A program made the position numbers and the translations under genes. The notes beneath the pieces were generated by a model, which was given only the letters and a program-made list of their open reading frames with translations, made no database searches and was not told where the DNA came from. From Fidelibacterota bacterium (GTDB taxonomy: Bacteria; Pseudomonadota; Alphaproteobacteria; Rhodospirillales; Rhodospirillaceae), in assembly GCA_947475365.1 (NCBI GenBank), contig CANJOI010000001.1, positions 1-59,430 of the forward strand: a stretch of DNA of 59,430 bases, written 5' to 3'. Of the stretch, positions 29,691-38,591 are shown one piece after another (positions within the stretch are counted from its first letter, which is position 1; each line of letters starts with the position of its first letter).

Positions 29691-30701
29691 ATGCAGAAGC
29701 TTGGGATCATTGGCGCCGGCGCGTGGGGGACGGCCCTGGCGGCGGTGGCCCGCAAGGCGGGGCGCGATGTCACCCTGTGGGCGTTCGAGCCCGAGGTGGT
29801 GGCCGCCATCAATGGGCAGCGCAGGAACCCCTTTTTCCTCCCGGATGTGGTCCTCGATCCCGCGATTGTCGCCACCAGCGATCTCACCCAGGCGGCTGCG
29901 TCCGACCTGATCTTCCTGGTGGTTCCCGCCCAGTTCCTGCGGCCGGTATGCTTGCGCCTCGCGCCGTTGCTGGCGCATGGCACGCCGGCGGTGATCTGCG
30001 CCAAGGGCATCGAAAAGGGCACCGGCGCCCTTATGACCGATGTGGTGCGCGAAACCTTGCCGCACACCGAAATGATGGTGCTGTCGGGTCCGACTTTCGC
30101 GGCTGAGGTGGCGGCGGGCCTGCCCACCGCCATCACGCTCGGCGCCGCCAACGAAAGCCTCGGGATGAAGGTCGCGGCAGCCATCAGCTCGCCCGCCTTC
30201 CGGCCGTATCTCTCCCATGATGTTATTGGTGCGGAAGTGGGGGGTGCGGTGAAGAACGTTTTGGCTATTGGCTGCGGGATCGCCGATGGCCGCAAACTGG
30301 GCGCGAACGCCCGCGCCGCGCTGCTGACACGCGGCCTGGCCGAGATCGTACGCCTTGCGGTCGCCCGCGGCGGTCGCCCTGAAACCCTCATGGGCCTTTC
30401 CGGACTGGGCGACCTGGTGCTCACGGCCACCTCCATGCAGTCGCGCAACTACTCGCTGGGTGTGGCGTTGGGCCAGGGCCGAACGCTTGCCGACATTTTG
30501 GGCGAACGGCGGTCGGTGGCGGAAGGTGTGGCAACCGCCGAAGCCGTGGCCGCGCTCGCCGCGAAAATCGGCGTGGATATGCCGATTTGCACCGCCATCG
30601 ACGCGGTGCTCAACCGCGGCGCGCAAGTCGATCATGTGCTCAAAGGTTTGATGGACCGGCCCTTGCGCGCGGAAGTGGACACCCCGGTCCCCCGTGATTA
30701 A
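29691..30701 (+). CDS. gpsA: NAD(P)H-dependent glycerol-3-phosphate dehydrogenase
   Basis: MQKLGIIGAGAWGTALAAV..., GPTFAAEVA, GAVKNVLAIGCGI. The track ORF starts upstream at 29526, antisense to the epimerase gene. Confidence 0.93.
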   Translation: MQKLGIIGAGAWGTALAAVARKAGRDVTLWAFEPEVVAAINGQRRNPFFLPDVVLDPAIVATSDLTQAAASDLIFLVVPAQFLRPVCLRLAPLLAHGTPAVICAKGIEKGTGALMTDVVRETLPHTEMMVLSGPTFAAEVAAGLPTAITLGAANESLGMKVAAAISSPAFRPYLSHDVIGAEVGGAVKNVLAIGCGIADGRKLGANARAALLTRGLAEIVRLAVARGGRPETLMGLSGLGDLVLTATSMQSRNYSLGVALGQGRTLADILGERRSVAEGVATAEAVAALAAKIGVDMPICTAIDAVLNRGAQVDHVLKGLMDRPLRAEVDTPVPRD

Positions 30702-30753
30702 ACCAAGCGTAGCTAAACCATCGCCAGACTGAAGAAGTCCTAGGGAGCAAGGC

Positions 30754-32433
30754 GTGTCAGCCAAAGCCGCGAAGCCCGCGAAACTTTATCCGGTGATCCT
30801 GTCCGGCGGCAGCGGCTCGCGGCTGTGGCCGCTGTCGCGCGAGGAATTCCCGAAACAGCTGCAGCCGCTGACCAGCGAGCGCACGCTGCTGCAGGAAACC
30901 GCCCTGCGCCTCGGCGCGGGCGGCGACAGCTATACCGTCGCCCCGCCGATCGTGGTGTGCAACGAGGCGCACCGCTTCATCGTCGCCGAACAAATGCGCG
31001 CCGCGGGCATCGAGCCGAAAGCCGTGGTGATCGAGCCGCAGGGCCGCAACACCGCGCCCGCCGCCTGCGTCGCCGCGCTGCTGCTGGAAGACGAGCCGGA
31101 TGCGCTGATGCTGATCATGCCGTCGGATCATTCGGTGCGCGATCCGGATGCATTTCGCGCCGCCGTGGGCCGCGCGGCGGCGCTGGCCAACGCCGGCAAG
31201 CTCGTGACCTTCGGCATCCAGCCCTCGTCGCCGTCTACCGCCTATGGCTACATCAAGCGCGGCACCGCCATCGCTGACGGCGCGTTCACGGTTGAACGCT
31301 TCGTCGAAAAGCCCGACGCCGCGAAGGCCGCCGCGTTCCTCGAGGAAGGCGGCTACGCCTGGAACGGCGGGATCTTTCTGTCCTCCGCGAAAACCTATCT
31401 CGCGGAACTGGCCAAGGGCGAGCCCGAGATCGAGCCGGCCTGCCGGGCCGCCATGGCGGCGGGCAAGAGCGATCTGTTTTTCTTCCGCCTCGATGCCGCG
31501 GCCTTCGCGAAGGTGCCGAGCCAGTCCATCGACTACGGCGTCATGGAGCGCACGGATAAAGCCGCGGTCGTCCCGGTCGACATGGGCTGGTCCGATGTGG
31601 GGTCGTGGAGCGCGCTGCACGACGAGTCCGCCCATGACGCCGACGGCAACACCTTCCTGGGTGACGTGCTGGCCATCGACACCGCCGGCAGCTATGTGCG
31701 CAGCGAAAAGCAATTGACCGCCGTGGTGGGCCTCAAGGACATCGTGGTGATCGTCACCTCCGACGCCGTGCTGGTGGCCGATAAGGCGCATGATCAGAAG
31801 GTGAAGCAGATCGTCGAGCGCCTGAAGGCGGCGGGGCGCAGCGAAGCCACCGCCCAGGCGCGCACCTACCGGCCCTGGGGCTGGTTCCAGACCATGGACG
31901 AGGGCCAGCGCTTCAAGGTGAAACGCATCTGCGTGAAGCCCGGTGCGCAGTTGTCTCTGCAGAAACACTGGCATCGCAGCGAGCACTGGGTGATCGTCAC
32001 CGGCTGCGCGGTGGTGCATCGCGATGGTCAGGAAGTGACCCTGCGCGAGAACGAGTCCACCTTTATCCCGGCGGGCACGGTGCACCGGCTCACCAATCCG
32101 GGCCATGTGGAACTGCATATGATCGAGGTGCAGTCGGGCGAATATGTCGGCGAGGACGACATCGTGCGCCTGGCCGATGACTACGGCCGCACCGAAGGCA
32201 AAACCGAACGCCCGCAAAAGACAGCGTTGGAACAGAAGCCCGCGAAGACCGCCAAGGCCAAGGGCAAACCGGCGCCGGCGAAGCCCCACCGCAAGATGCG
32301 CCGCAAAGCCAATCCTTCGGCCGCCGCCCGCCGGCGCGTGCGACGCCATGTGGCGCGGCCCGCCACCAAAGTCGCCAGCAAACGCAAACCGGCCGCCAAG
32401 CCCAAGCCGCCGACCAAGCCGCGCCGCAAGTAA
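30754..32433 (+). CDS. manC: Mannose-1-phosphate guanylyltransferase / mannose-6-phosphate isomerase (type II PMI-GMP) with an 80-aa basic C-terminal tail
   Basis: GTG start after AGGGAG. It contains LYPVILSGGSGSRLWPLSR, a cupin region HWHRSEHWVIVTG...HRLTNPG, and EDDIVRLADDYGR at the usual C-terminus. Then follows TEGKTERPQKTALEQKPAKTAKAKGKPAPAKPHRKMRRK...KRKPAAKPKPPTKPRRK. Confidence 0.88.
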   Translation: MSAKAAKPAKLYPVILSGGSGSRLWPLSREEFPKQLQPLTSERTLLQETALRLGAGGDSYTVAPPIVVCNEAHRFIVAEQMRAAGIEPKAVVIEPQGRNTAPAACVAALLLEDEPDALMLIMPSDHSVRDPDAFRAAVGRAAALANAGKLVTFGIQPSSPSTAYGYIKRGTAIADGAFTVERFVEKPDAAKAAAFLEEGGYAWNGGIFLSSAKTYLAELAKGEPEIEPACRAAMAAGKSDLFFFRLDAAAFAKVPSQSIDYGVMERTDKAAVVPVDMGWSDVGSWSALHDESAHDADGNTFLGDVLAIDTAGSYVRSEKQLTAVVGLKDIVVIVTSDAVLVADKAHDQKVKQIVERLKAAGRSEATAQARTYRPWGWFQTMDEGQRFKVKRICVKPGAQLSLQKHWHRSEHWVIVTGCAVVHRDGQEVTLRENESTFIPAGTVHRLTNPGHVELHMIEVQSGEYVGEDDIVRLADDYGRTEGKTERPQKTALEQKPAKTAKAKGKPAPAKPHRKMRRKANPSAAARRRVRRHVARPATKVASKRKPAAKPKPPTKPRRK

Positions 32434-32453
32434 TTCAAGAGGGGGAGGACAGG

Positions 32454-32735
32454 ATGCTCGTTTCGCTGTTGTGCTTCGATAAGCCGAATCACGTGGACCT
32501 GCGCATGAAGCTGCGCCCCACCCATCTCGACTGGATCGAGAAGACCGGTGTGAAGATGGCCTTCGCCGGTCCCATGCTGTCCGACGACGGCGCCACGCCG
32601 CACGGCTCCATCATCATCGGCGACTTCGCCACGCTCGCCGACGCAAAGGCCTTTGCCGAGAACGACCCCTATGCCCAAGGCGGGCTGTTCGAGCGCGTGC
32701 TGATCCAGCCCACCAAGCAAGTGTTCCCGAAGTAG
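32454..32735 (+). CDS. YciI-family protein
   Basis: 93-aa ORF: MLVSLLCFDKPNHVDLRMKLRPTHLDWI...AKAFAENDPYAQGGLFERVLIQPTKQVF. Confidence 0.8.
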   Translation: MLVSLLCFDKPNHVDLRMKLRPTHLDWIEKTGVKMAFAGPMLSDDGATPHGSIIIGDFATLADAKAFAENDPYAQGGLFERVLIQPTKQVFPK

Positions 32736-32736
32736 C

Positions 32737-33066
32737 GTGCCGCGGATCTTGTGCGCATTGGCCGATCTCGCGGCCACCGGCGCAAAGGACATCGCGCTAT
32801 TCAAGGACGGCGCGCCGTATTCCATCTTTGTGATACGGGATGCGGCGGGCGTCAGGGCGTTCGAGAATTCCTGTCCCCATGCACGCCTGCCGTTGAACGG
32901 CGCGGCCGATGTCTTCTTCGATGTCCGCCGCACCGTGCTGGTCTGCGTCAACCATGGCGCCCATTTCGACCCTGTGACGGGCGCCTGTCTCAGGGGTCCC
33001 TGTAAGGGTGAGCGCCTGCGCGCCTTCCCGGTGTCGACGGACGGAGAGTCAGTGCTGATTCCCTGA
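32737..33066 (+). CDS. Small Rieske [2Fe-2S] domain protein
   Basis: 109-aa ORF with a GTG start 1 nt after the yciI-like stop. It carries the CPH...(17 residues)...CVNHG Rieske ligand pattern (SCPHARLPL ... [10 protein letters not shown]). Confidence 0.8.
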   Translation: MPRILCALADLAATGAKDIALFKDGAPYSIFVIRDAAGVRAFENSCPHARLPLNGAADVFFDVRRTVLVCVNHGAHFDPVTGACLRGPCKGERLRAFPVSTDGESVLIP

Positions 33067-33107
33067 CGCGGTTTGGCTATGATCATGGCGCTTCAGGGAG
33101 GATTGCC

Positions 33108-35051
33108 GTGACCGAGAACACCATCATCGATGTGCCCGCCGCTTTCGCCGCGTCGGCGTTGATCGACGCGCGCAAGTGGCAGGAGATGCGCGAGCAGTCG
33201 CTGAGCGACCCGCTTTCCTTCTGGGGCGCGCACGGCAAGCGCATCGACTGGATCACGCCCTACACCAACGTGCGCGATGTGTCCTTCGACGCGAAGGATT
33301 TGCATATCGGCTGGTATCTCGACGGCACTTTGAACGCGAGCTTCAACTGTCTCGACCGGCACCTGAAGACCAAGGGCAATCAGACCGCCATCATCTGGGA
33401 GGGTGATGATCCCACGCAGTCCCGGAACGTCACCTATAACGAACTTTATGAAGCCACCTGCCGCATGGCCAACGCCCTCAAGACCCTGGGCGTGGCGAAA
33501 GGCGACCGCGTGTGCATCTACATGCCCATGATCGTCGAGGCCGCGGTGGCGATGCTGGCCTGCGCGCGGATCGGCGCGGTGCATTCGGTGGTGTTCGGCG
33601 GCTTCGCGCACCATTCGGTGGCCGACCGCATCAACGACTGCGGCGCCATGGTGGTGATCACCGCCGACGAAGGCCGCCGCGGCGGCAAGACCATTCCGCT
33701 CAAAGCCAATGTCGACGCGGCCTTGCAAAAGGCGCCATCGGTCCGCCATGTGCTGGTGGTGAAACATACCGGCGGCCCGGTGCCCATGCACCCGCCGCGC
33801 GATATCTGGCTGCACGAGGCGACCGCGAACCTGCCGGGCCACTGCGATCCTGTGGAGATGAACGCGGAAGACCTGCTGTTCATTCTCTATACCTCGGGCT
33901 CCACCGGAAAGCCCAAGGGCGTGCTGCACACCACCGGCGGGTACATGGTCTATGCCGCCATGACCCATGAATATGTCTTCGACTACAAGGACGGCGACGT
34001 CTACTGGTGCACCGCCGACGTGGGCTGGGTCACCGGGCACACCTATATCGTTTATGGACCGCTCGCCAACGGCGCCATCACGCTCATGTTCGAGGGCGTC
34101 CCCAACTATCCCGATACCTCGCGTTTCTGGCAGGTGATCGACAAGCACCGCGTCAATATTTTCTACACCGCGCCCACGGCGATCCGCGCGCTGATGCGCG
34201 ACGGCGACGCGCCAGTGAAGCGCACATCGCGCAGCACCTTGCGCTTGCTCGGGTCCGTGGGCGAGCCCATCAATCCTGAGGCTTGGCTCTGGTATCATCG
34301 CGTCGTCGGCGATGGCCGCTGCCCGATCGTGGACACCTGGTGGCAGACCGAGACCGGCGGGATTCTGATCTCGCCGCTGCCGGGCGCGACCAAGCTCAAG
34401 CCGGGCTCCGCGACTTTGCCGTTCTTCGGCATCGAGCCGTGCATCGTCGACTCCTTCGGCAAGGAACTGGAAGGCGCCTGCGCCGGTAACCTGTGCCTCA
34501 AAGGCTCCTGGCCGGGGCAGATGCGCACGGTCTACGGCGATCATCAGCGGTTCATCGACACTTACTTCAAGACCTATCCCGGCATGTACTTCACCGGTGA
34601 CGGCTGCCGCCGGGACGAGGACGGCTACTACTGGATCACGGGGCGCGTGGACGATGTAATCAACGTCTCCGGCCACCGCCTCGGCACCGCGGAAGTGGAA
34701 AGCTCGCTGGTGGGCCATCAGGCCGTGGCGGAGGCCGCGGTGGTGGGCTTCCCCCACGACCTCAAGGGGCAGGGCATCTACGGCTATGTGACCTTGAAGG
34801 CCGGCATCGAAGCGACCGAGGCTCTGCGCAAGGAACTGGTGGATTGGGTCGCCAAGGATATCAGCCCGATCGCCAAGCCCGACGTGCTGCAATGGGCGCC
34901 GGGCCTGCCCAAGACCCGCTCCGGCAAGATCATGCGCAGAATCCTGCGCAAGATCGCCGAGAACGAGATCGGCAATCTCGGCGATACCTCGACACTCGCC
35001 GATCCGTCGGTGGTCGATGATCTGGTGAAAAACCGCGCGCAGCCGAAGTGA
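33108..35051 (+). CDS. acs: Acetyl-CoA synthetase
   Basis: 647-aa ORF with a GTG start, containing [20 protein letters not shown] and [14 protein letters not shown], ending in [15 protein letters not shown]. Confidence 0.96.
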   Translation: MTENTIIDVPAAFAASALIDARKWQEMREQSLSDPLSFWGAHGKRIDWITPYTNVRDVSFDAKDLHIGWYLDGTLNASFNCLDRHLKTKGNQTAIIWEGDDPTQSRNVTYNELYEATCRMANALKTLGVAKGDRVCIYMPMIVEAAVAMLACARIGAVHSVVFGGFAHHSVADRINDCGAMVVITADEGRRGGKTIPLKANVDAALQKAPSVRHVLVVKHTGGPVPMHPPRDIWLHEATANLPGHCDPVEMNAEDLLFILYTSGSTGKPKGVLHTTGGYMVYAAMTHEYVFDYKDGDVYWCTADVGWVTGHTYIVYGPLANGAITLMFEGVPNYPDTSRFWQVIDKHRVNIFYTAPTAIRALMRDGDAPVKRTSRSTLRLLGSVGEPINPEAWLWYHRVVGDGRCPIVDTWWQTETGGILISPLPGATKLKPGSATLPFFGIEPCIVDSFGKELEGACAGNLCLKGSWPGQMRTVYGDHQRFIDTYFKTYPGMYFTGDGCRRDEDGYYWITGRVDDVINVSGHRLGTAEVESSLVGHQAVAEAAVVGFPHDLKGQGIYGYVTLKAGIEATEALRKELVDWVAKDISPIAKPDVLQWAPGLPKTRSGKIMRRILRKIAENEIGNLGDTSTLADPSVVDDLVKNRAQPK

Positions 35052-35063
35052 CAAAAATAAGGG

Positions 35064-35984
35064 CTACGCCACCCGCACCGGCGCGTGTTTCGGGCAGGTG
35101 GTGAGGCGCACGCGCAGGTCGTCTATCAGCATGCGGCCGGCCTTTTGCGGCGGGCGCGCGCGATCGTGCACCACGTGGATCGGCAGCTCCCAACTGGGAT
35201 TCTCGGTCAACTCCAGGCGCACCAGCCGTCCGGCATCAAGGTGCGGCTGCACCAGATGCAGGGGCATGTTGCACCAGCCGAACCCCGCCAGCAGATAGTC
35301 GAGCCGCGTGCCCAAGTCGGCGAAGCGCCAGATGCGATGACTGATGACGCCGCCTGAAAAGCGCGCCGTCACTTGCGTGCGATCGGTGAGCACCAGTTGA
35401 ACCTGGTCCTCCAGTATGGCGCGCGTGATGGGGCCTTTGACGCTAGCGAGGGGATGCGCGGCGGCCACCACCGGGGCCATGGCGATGCCGGCGAGAAATT
35501 CGCTGGCAAGATCATCCTGCGCGGGCCGCCAGGCGTAGATGCCGAGCCGCGCGCTGTGGTCGCGAATGCGCTGTTCCGCGCCGCCCAAGGCTTCCGTGAA
35601 CACCGTCACCGGCAGTTGGGGAAAGGCGCCCGCGAGCACCCTGAGACTCTCCATCAGCAGGAGATTGGGGAACATGGCGTCGACCGCGAGGCACAAGTCG
35701 GGCTCTACGTCCGACGCCATGCTCTCGGCTTTGGCGCGCAAGGTCTCCGCGCCCCGCACCAGCTTGCGGGCCTCCTCAAGGATGGCTTTGCCGGCGTCGG
35801 TGAGCGCCGGCACTTTTCCCGACCGGTCGAACAGATCAATCCCGAGGGTGGATTCGAGCGCCTGCATGGTTTGGCTGACCGCTGACTGCACCCGCCGCAA
35901 AGCGCGCCCGGCGGCGGAAAAGCTGCCGGAATCGGCCACCGCGATCAGGGTGCGGAGCTGATCTAATGTAAGGCGATCAAGCAC
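35064..35984 (-). CDS. LysR-family transcriptional regulator
   Basis: 306-aa ORF with a GTG start and an N-terminal HTH: LDQLRTLIAVADSGSFSAAGRALRRVQSAVSQTMQALE. It is divergent from azoR. Confidence 0.9.
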   Translation of the reverse strand: MLDRLTLDQLRTLIAVADSGSFSAAGRALRRVQSAVSQTMQALESTLGIDLFDRSGKVPALTDAGKAILEEARKLVRGAETLRAKAESMASDVEPDLCLAVDAMFPNLLLMESLRVLAGAFPQLPVTVFTEALGGAEQRIRDHSARLGIYAWRPAQDDLASEFLAGIAMAPVVAAAHPLASVKGPITRAILEDQVQLVLTDRTQVTARFSGGVISHRIWRFADLGTRLDYLLAGFGWCNMPLHLVQPHLDAGRLVRLELTENPSWELPIHVVHDRARPPQKAGRMLIDDLRVRLTTCPKHAPVRVA

Positions 35985-35991
35985 TTAGCAA

Positions 35992-36018
35992 ATATCCATC
36001 TGTTTATATGATGGATAT
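35992..36018. promoter_or_regulatory. LTTR-type dyad (T-N11-A) in the LysR/azoR divergent promoter
   Basis: Perfect 9-bp inverted repeat ATATCCATC (35992..36000), a 9-nt spacer, then GATGGATAT (36010..36018). An extra half-site GATGGATC lies about 25 nt downstream. Confidence 0.6.
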
Positions 36019-36102
36019 AACCACAATTTTGCCGATTTTCCAGATGGATCAAAAGGCCCACCTTCCTGCCCACACACGACCCACCAACAACAGGAGTTCG
36101 TC

Positions 36103-36717
36103 ATGGGCACCCTTCTTTTCGTCTCTTCCTCCCTCATGGGGGATAAATCCCAGTCGCGCCAAGTGGCCGCCGACTACATCGCCGCGGCCCGCGCGGCCAA
36201 CCCGGGCCTCACGGTGGTGGAACGCCACCTGACCCCGGACAACATCCCGCACCTCGGCATGGACGCGCTGGCCGGGCTCGGCGCGACGCCGGACGCGCGC
36301 ACGCCGGCGCAGGCCGCCGCGGTCAAACTGGCCGACACCATCATCGAAGAAGTGGAAGCGGCCGATACGATTGTGCTCGCGGTGCCGATGTATAATTTCT
36401 CGGTGCCCTCGACCCTGAAGGCCTGGCTCGATCATGTGGCCCGCGCCGGCCGCACCTTCAAGTACACCGCCAACGGCCCGGAAGGTCAGCTCAAGAACAA
36501 GCGCGTGATCGTGGTGGAAAGCCGTGGCGGCTTCTACACCGGCGACAGCCCGGCCAAGGCCATGGACTTTCAGGAGCCCTACCTGCGCGCCTTCTTCGGT
36601 TTCGTCGGCATCACCGACGTGAGCTTCGTGCAGGTGGAAGGCCAGGCCATCGGGCCCGACGTGGCCGCGAAGGGACTGGCTGCGGCGAAGAGCGCCGTGA
36701 CGAAGCTCGCGGCCTAA
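36103..36717 (+). CDS. azoR: FMN-dependent NADH-azoreductase
   Basis: 204-aa ORF: LLFVSSSLMGDKSQSRQVAADYI..., VLAVPMYNFSVPSTLKAWLDHVARAGRTFKYT. Confidence 0.88.
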   Translation: MGTLLFVSSSLMGDKSQSRQVAADYIAAARAANPGLTVVERHLTPDNIPHLGMDALAGLGATPDARTPAQAAAVKLADTIIEEVEAADTIVLAVPMYNFSVPSTLKAWLDHVARAGRTFKYTANGPEGQLKNKRVIVVESRGGFYTGDSPAKAMDFQEPYLRAFFGFVGITDVSFVQVEGQAIGPDVAAKGLAAAKSAVTKLAA

Positions 36718-36735
36718 GGCCTAAAACAGAACCAT

Positions 36736-36765
36736 CATGCAGCCGGCTTTTTAGCCGGCTGCATG
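36736..36765. terminator. 13-bp perfect palindromic hairpin between the convergent azoR and 470-aa genes
   Basis: CATGCAGCCGGCT-UUUU-AGCCGGCUGCAUG. It overlaps the last 5 codons of the minus-strand gene. The U-tracts are weak, so terminator function is uncertain. Confidence 0.4.
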
Positions 36766-38163
36766 CGCCGCAAGCATCTGCAGCACATGTGACCGCTGCG
36801 CTTCCACCACCTTCACGCTGCTCTCGAGGTTGAGTTCGGTGAACACCTGCGAGGCTTGTTCAAAGGCGTGGGCGGCTTCGCGCAGGTAGTCGGCGTTGCG
36901 CGCCGACATGCCTTTTTCCTTCAGCGCCGCGCCGACATTGGCCAGCGCGGTGGCCCACACCAGCGGCGCCTTGGTGCGGCTGCGGGAGTCGGCGATTTTC
37001 AGGAAGATGCTGACCGCCTTGTCGAACAGGCCGTCCTGGCGCGTGAGGCGGCCCATGGTGATGAGCAGCCCGCCGAGAGAGTTCTGCACATCGGCCCAGC
37101 GTTCCGGCGCTTCGGTAATGGTCCAGATGGCGGTGGCGGCCGAGAACGCGTCGGCGGCGTCCTTGAGATGGATGGCCTCACCGGTCTGCTGCGCGAGGTT
37201 ATGAAGCGCGAGACCCAGGCGCACTTTCAGCGCGGCGTAGTCGTCGGCGAAGACTTCCTTGCGCACCATGCCCAGCGCTGTGCGGTAATATTCCACGGTC
37301 TTGTCGCCGAGCGCGGCATGGTTGGTGAGCTCGGAGATGGCCGAGAGCGCATCGGCGATGTGGGTGCCGATCATGGCGCGTTCGTGCTCGGAGAAGGCGT
37401 CGTTCCCGAGGATCAAGGCGCCCTGATAAATGGTCACGGCGCGCTGCAATATTTTCACGTCACCGGTGCGTGCGCCATCGAGCAGCAGCATGGCGGCGTA
37501 GCAGGCTTGCGCGGTGGCGCATTCGGCCACCGAGCCGTGAAAGTCCCCTTCGGCGAAATGGCTGGCGGCTTTCAGCACCGGACGGAACAGGGTGGCGCGC
37601 GCGCGAATGCCATCGCCGGTTTCAACATTGGTGGCGGCGAGCGCCGCGCCAAACACCAGATCGCCGGTGGCGTCATCGAACAGCGCCGGCACTTCCAGGC
37701 GCTCGAGCGCGGAGAAGGATGCGGCTTGGGGATGCAACGGCGTCGCGCGCGAGAGAAAGCGCAAACGCCAGGAAACATGCGATGACGACGCGCGGCGGCC
37801 GGGCACCGTGAGGCTTTCGCCCCAGATCAAGAGGTCGGCGCCGTCGCGCTTCAGCCAGCGGCGGCCGAGATCCACGGCCATGGACACGAACAAGGCCTGG
37901 CTGTAGTCGGCGCCGGGCACGGTCAGCGGCCGGTCGGCGATGGCGATGGACAGGCCCATGCGCCCGGACAAACGGTCTTGGATATGACGCGCGGCGAGAC
38001 CGGTGCTGTCGCCCGCCAGCGGGCTGATCAGAATGCGCAGCGGTTCGACGCCGTAGAGCGCGTCTTCGGGTTCATTGGCGCCCAACGGTGCGAAGGCCGG
38101 CTCCGAGGGCGACCCCCGCAGCAGCAGATCGATGAACGCGCCAACCTTGGACCCCAGCGGCAT
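36751..38163 (-). CDS. Hypothetical protein: N-terminal alpha/beta-looking region plus C-terminal TPR-like helical repeats
   Basis: 470-aa ORF with coding-like composition. I recognise no family. The C-terminal half has repeated A/L-rich helix pairs (e.g. ...AAHAFEQASQVFTELN...). Confidence 0.55.
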   Translation of the reverse strand: MPLGSKVGAFIDLLLRGSPSEPAFAPLGANEPEDALYGVEPLRILISPLAGDSTGLAARHIQDRLSGRMGLSIAIADRPLTVPGADYSQALFVSMAVDLGRRWLKRDGADLLIWGESLTVPGRRASSSHVSWRLRFLSRATPLHPQAASFSALERLEVPALFDDATGDLVFGAALAATNVETGDGIRARATLFRPVLKAASHFAEGDFHGSVAECATAQACYAAMLLLDGARTGDVKILQRAVTIYQGALILGNDAFSEHERAMIGTHIADALSAISELTNHAALGDKTVEYYRTALGMVRKEVFADDYAALKVRLGLALHNLAQQTGEAIHLKDAADAFSAATAIWTITEAPERWADVQNSLGGLLITMGRLTRQDGLFDKAVSIFLKIADSRSRTKAPLVWATALANVGAALKEKGMSARNADYLREAAHAFEQASQVFTELNLESSVKVVEAQRSHVLQMLAAHAAG

Positions 38164-38322
38164 TCTGCCCGCCCCAATACTTCTCTGTGGCCGCGTGTTC
38201 TGGACACGCTGTCACACAGCCATTTTACCGGCCGCGAAAATGCGCGGCCTGAATCAACGGATTAGGCGGTCGGATTTAAAAATCCATTGAGAATCGCAAG
38301 AATTCGCGCGCGCCGTCCGTGC

Positions 38323-38499
38323 TCAGAAATCGGAGCAGCGGCCTTTGCGCTCCCAATCCCCGAACCGGGTGGGTTCCGGACCTTTGGGGCCGCCCAGCTC
38401 TGGCACGGGCGTGGTCTCGACCGTGCTTTCCGGCTGCGGCGCTTTGGGTTTCAGCGCGGCGGCGGCGGGGCTGAGCGGCAGGGGTTTCGGTTTTGTCAT
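38323..38499 (-). CDS. DUF1674 / SDHAF4-like small protein (58 aa)
   Basis: Too short for the ORF track. My translation is [58 protein letters not shown]. The C-terminal [10 protein letters not shown](F/Y)[11 protein letters not shown] block is the DUF1674 signature. Confidence 0.8.
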   Translation of the reverse strand: MTKPKPLPLSPAAAALKPKAPQPESTVETTPVPELGGPKGPEPTRFGDWERKGRCSDF

Positions 38500-38591
38500 A
38501 CGCTAGAGATAGTCTTGAGATCGTGAATTTACCACATAGATCAGGCGTGTATGTCTCATATGGGACGGCACCTGAGGGAGTTTTCAAGGCG

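Noticed and set aside
30757-35054. Long minus-strand ORFs 30757..32349 (530 aa), 32181..33086 (301 aa) and 33093..35054 (653 aa).
   Set aside because: They are antisense to manC, the yciI-like and Rieske genes, and acs respectively, all of which carry clear family motifs. The antisense translations are low-complexity and rich in G/R/A/H/D.
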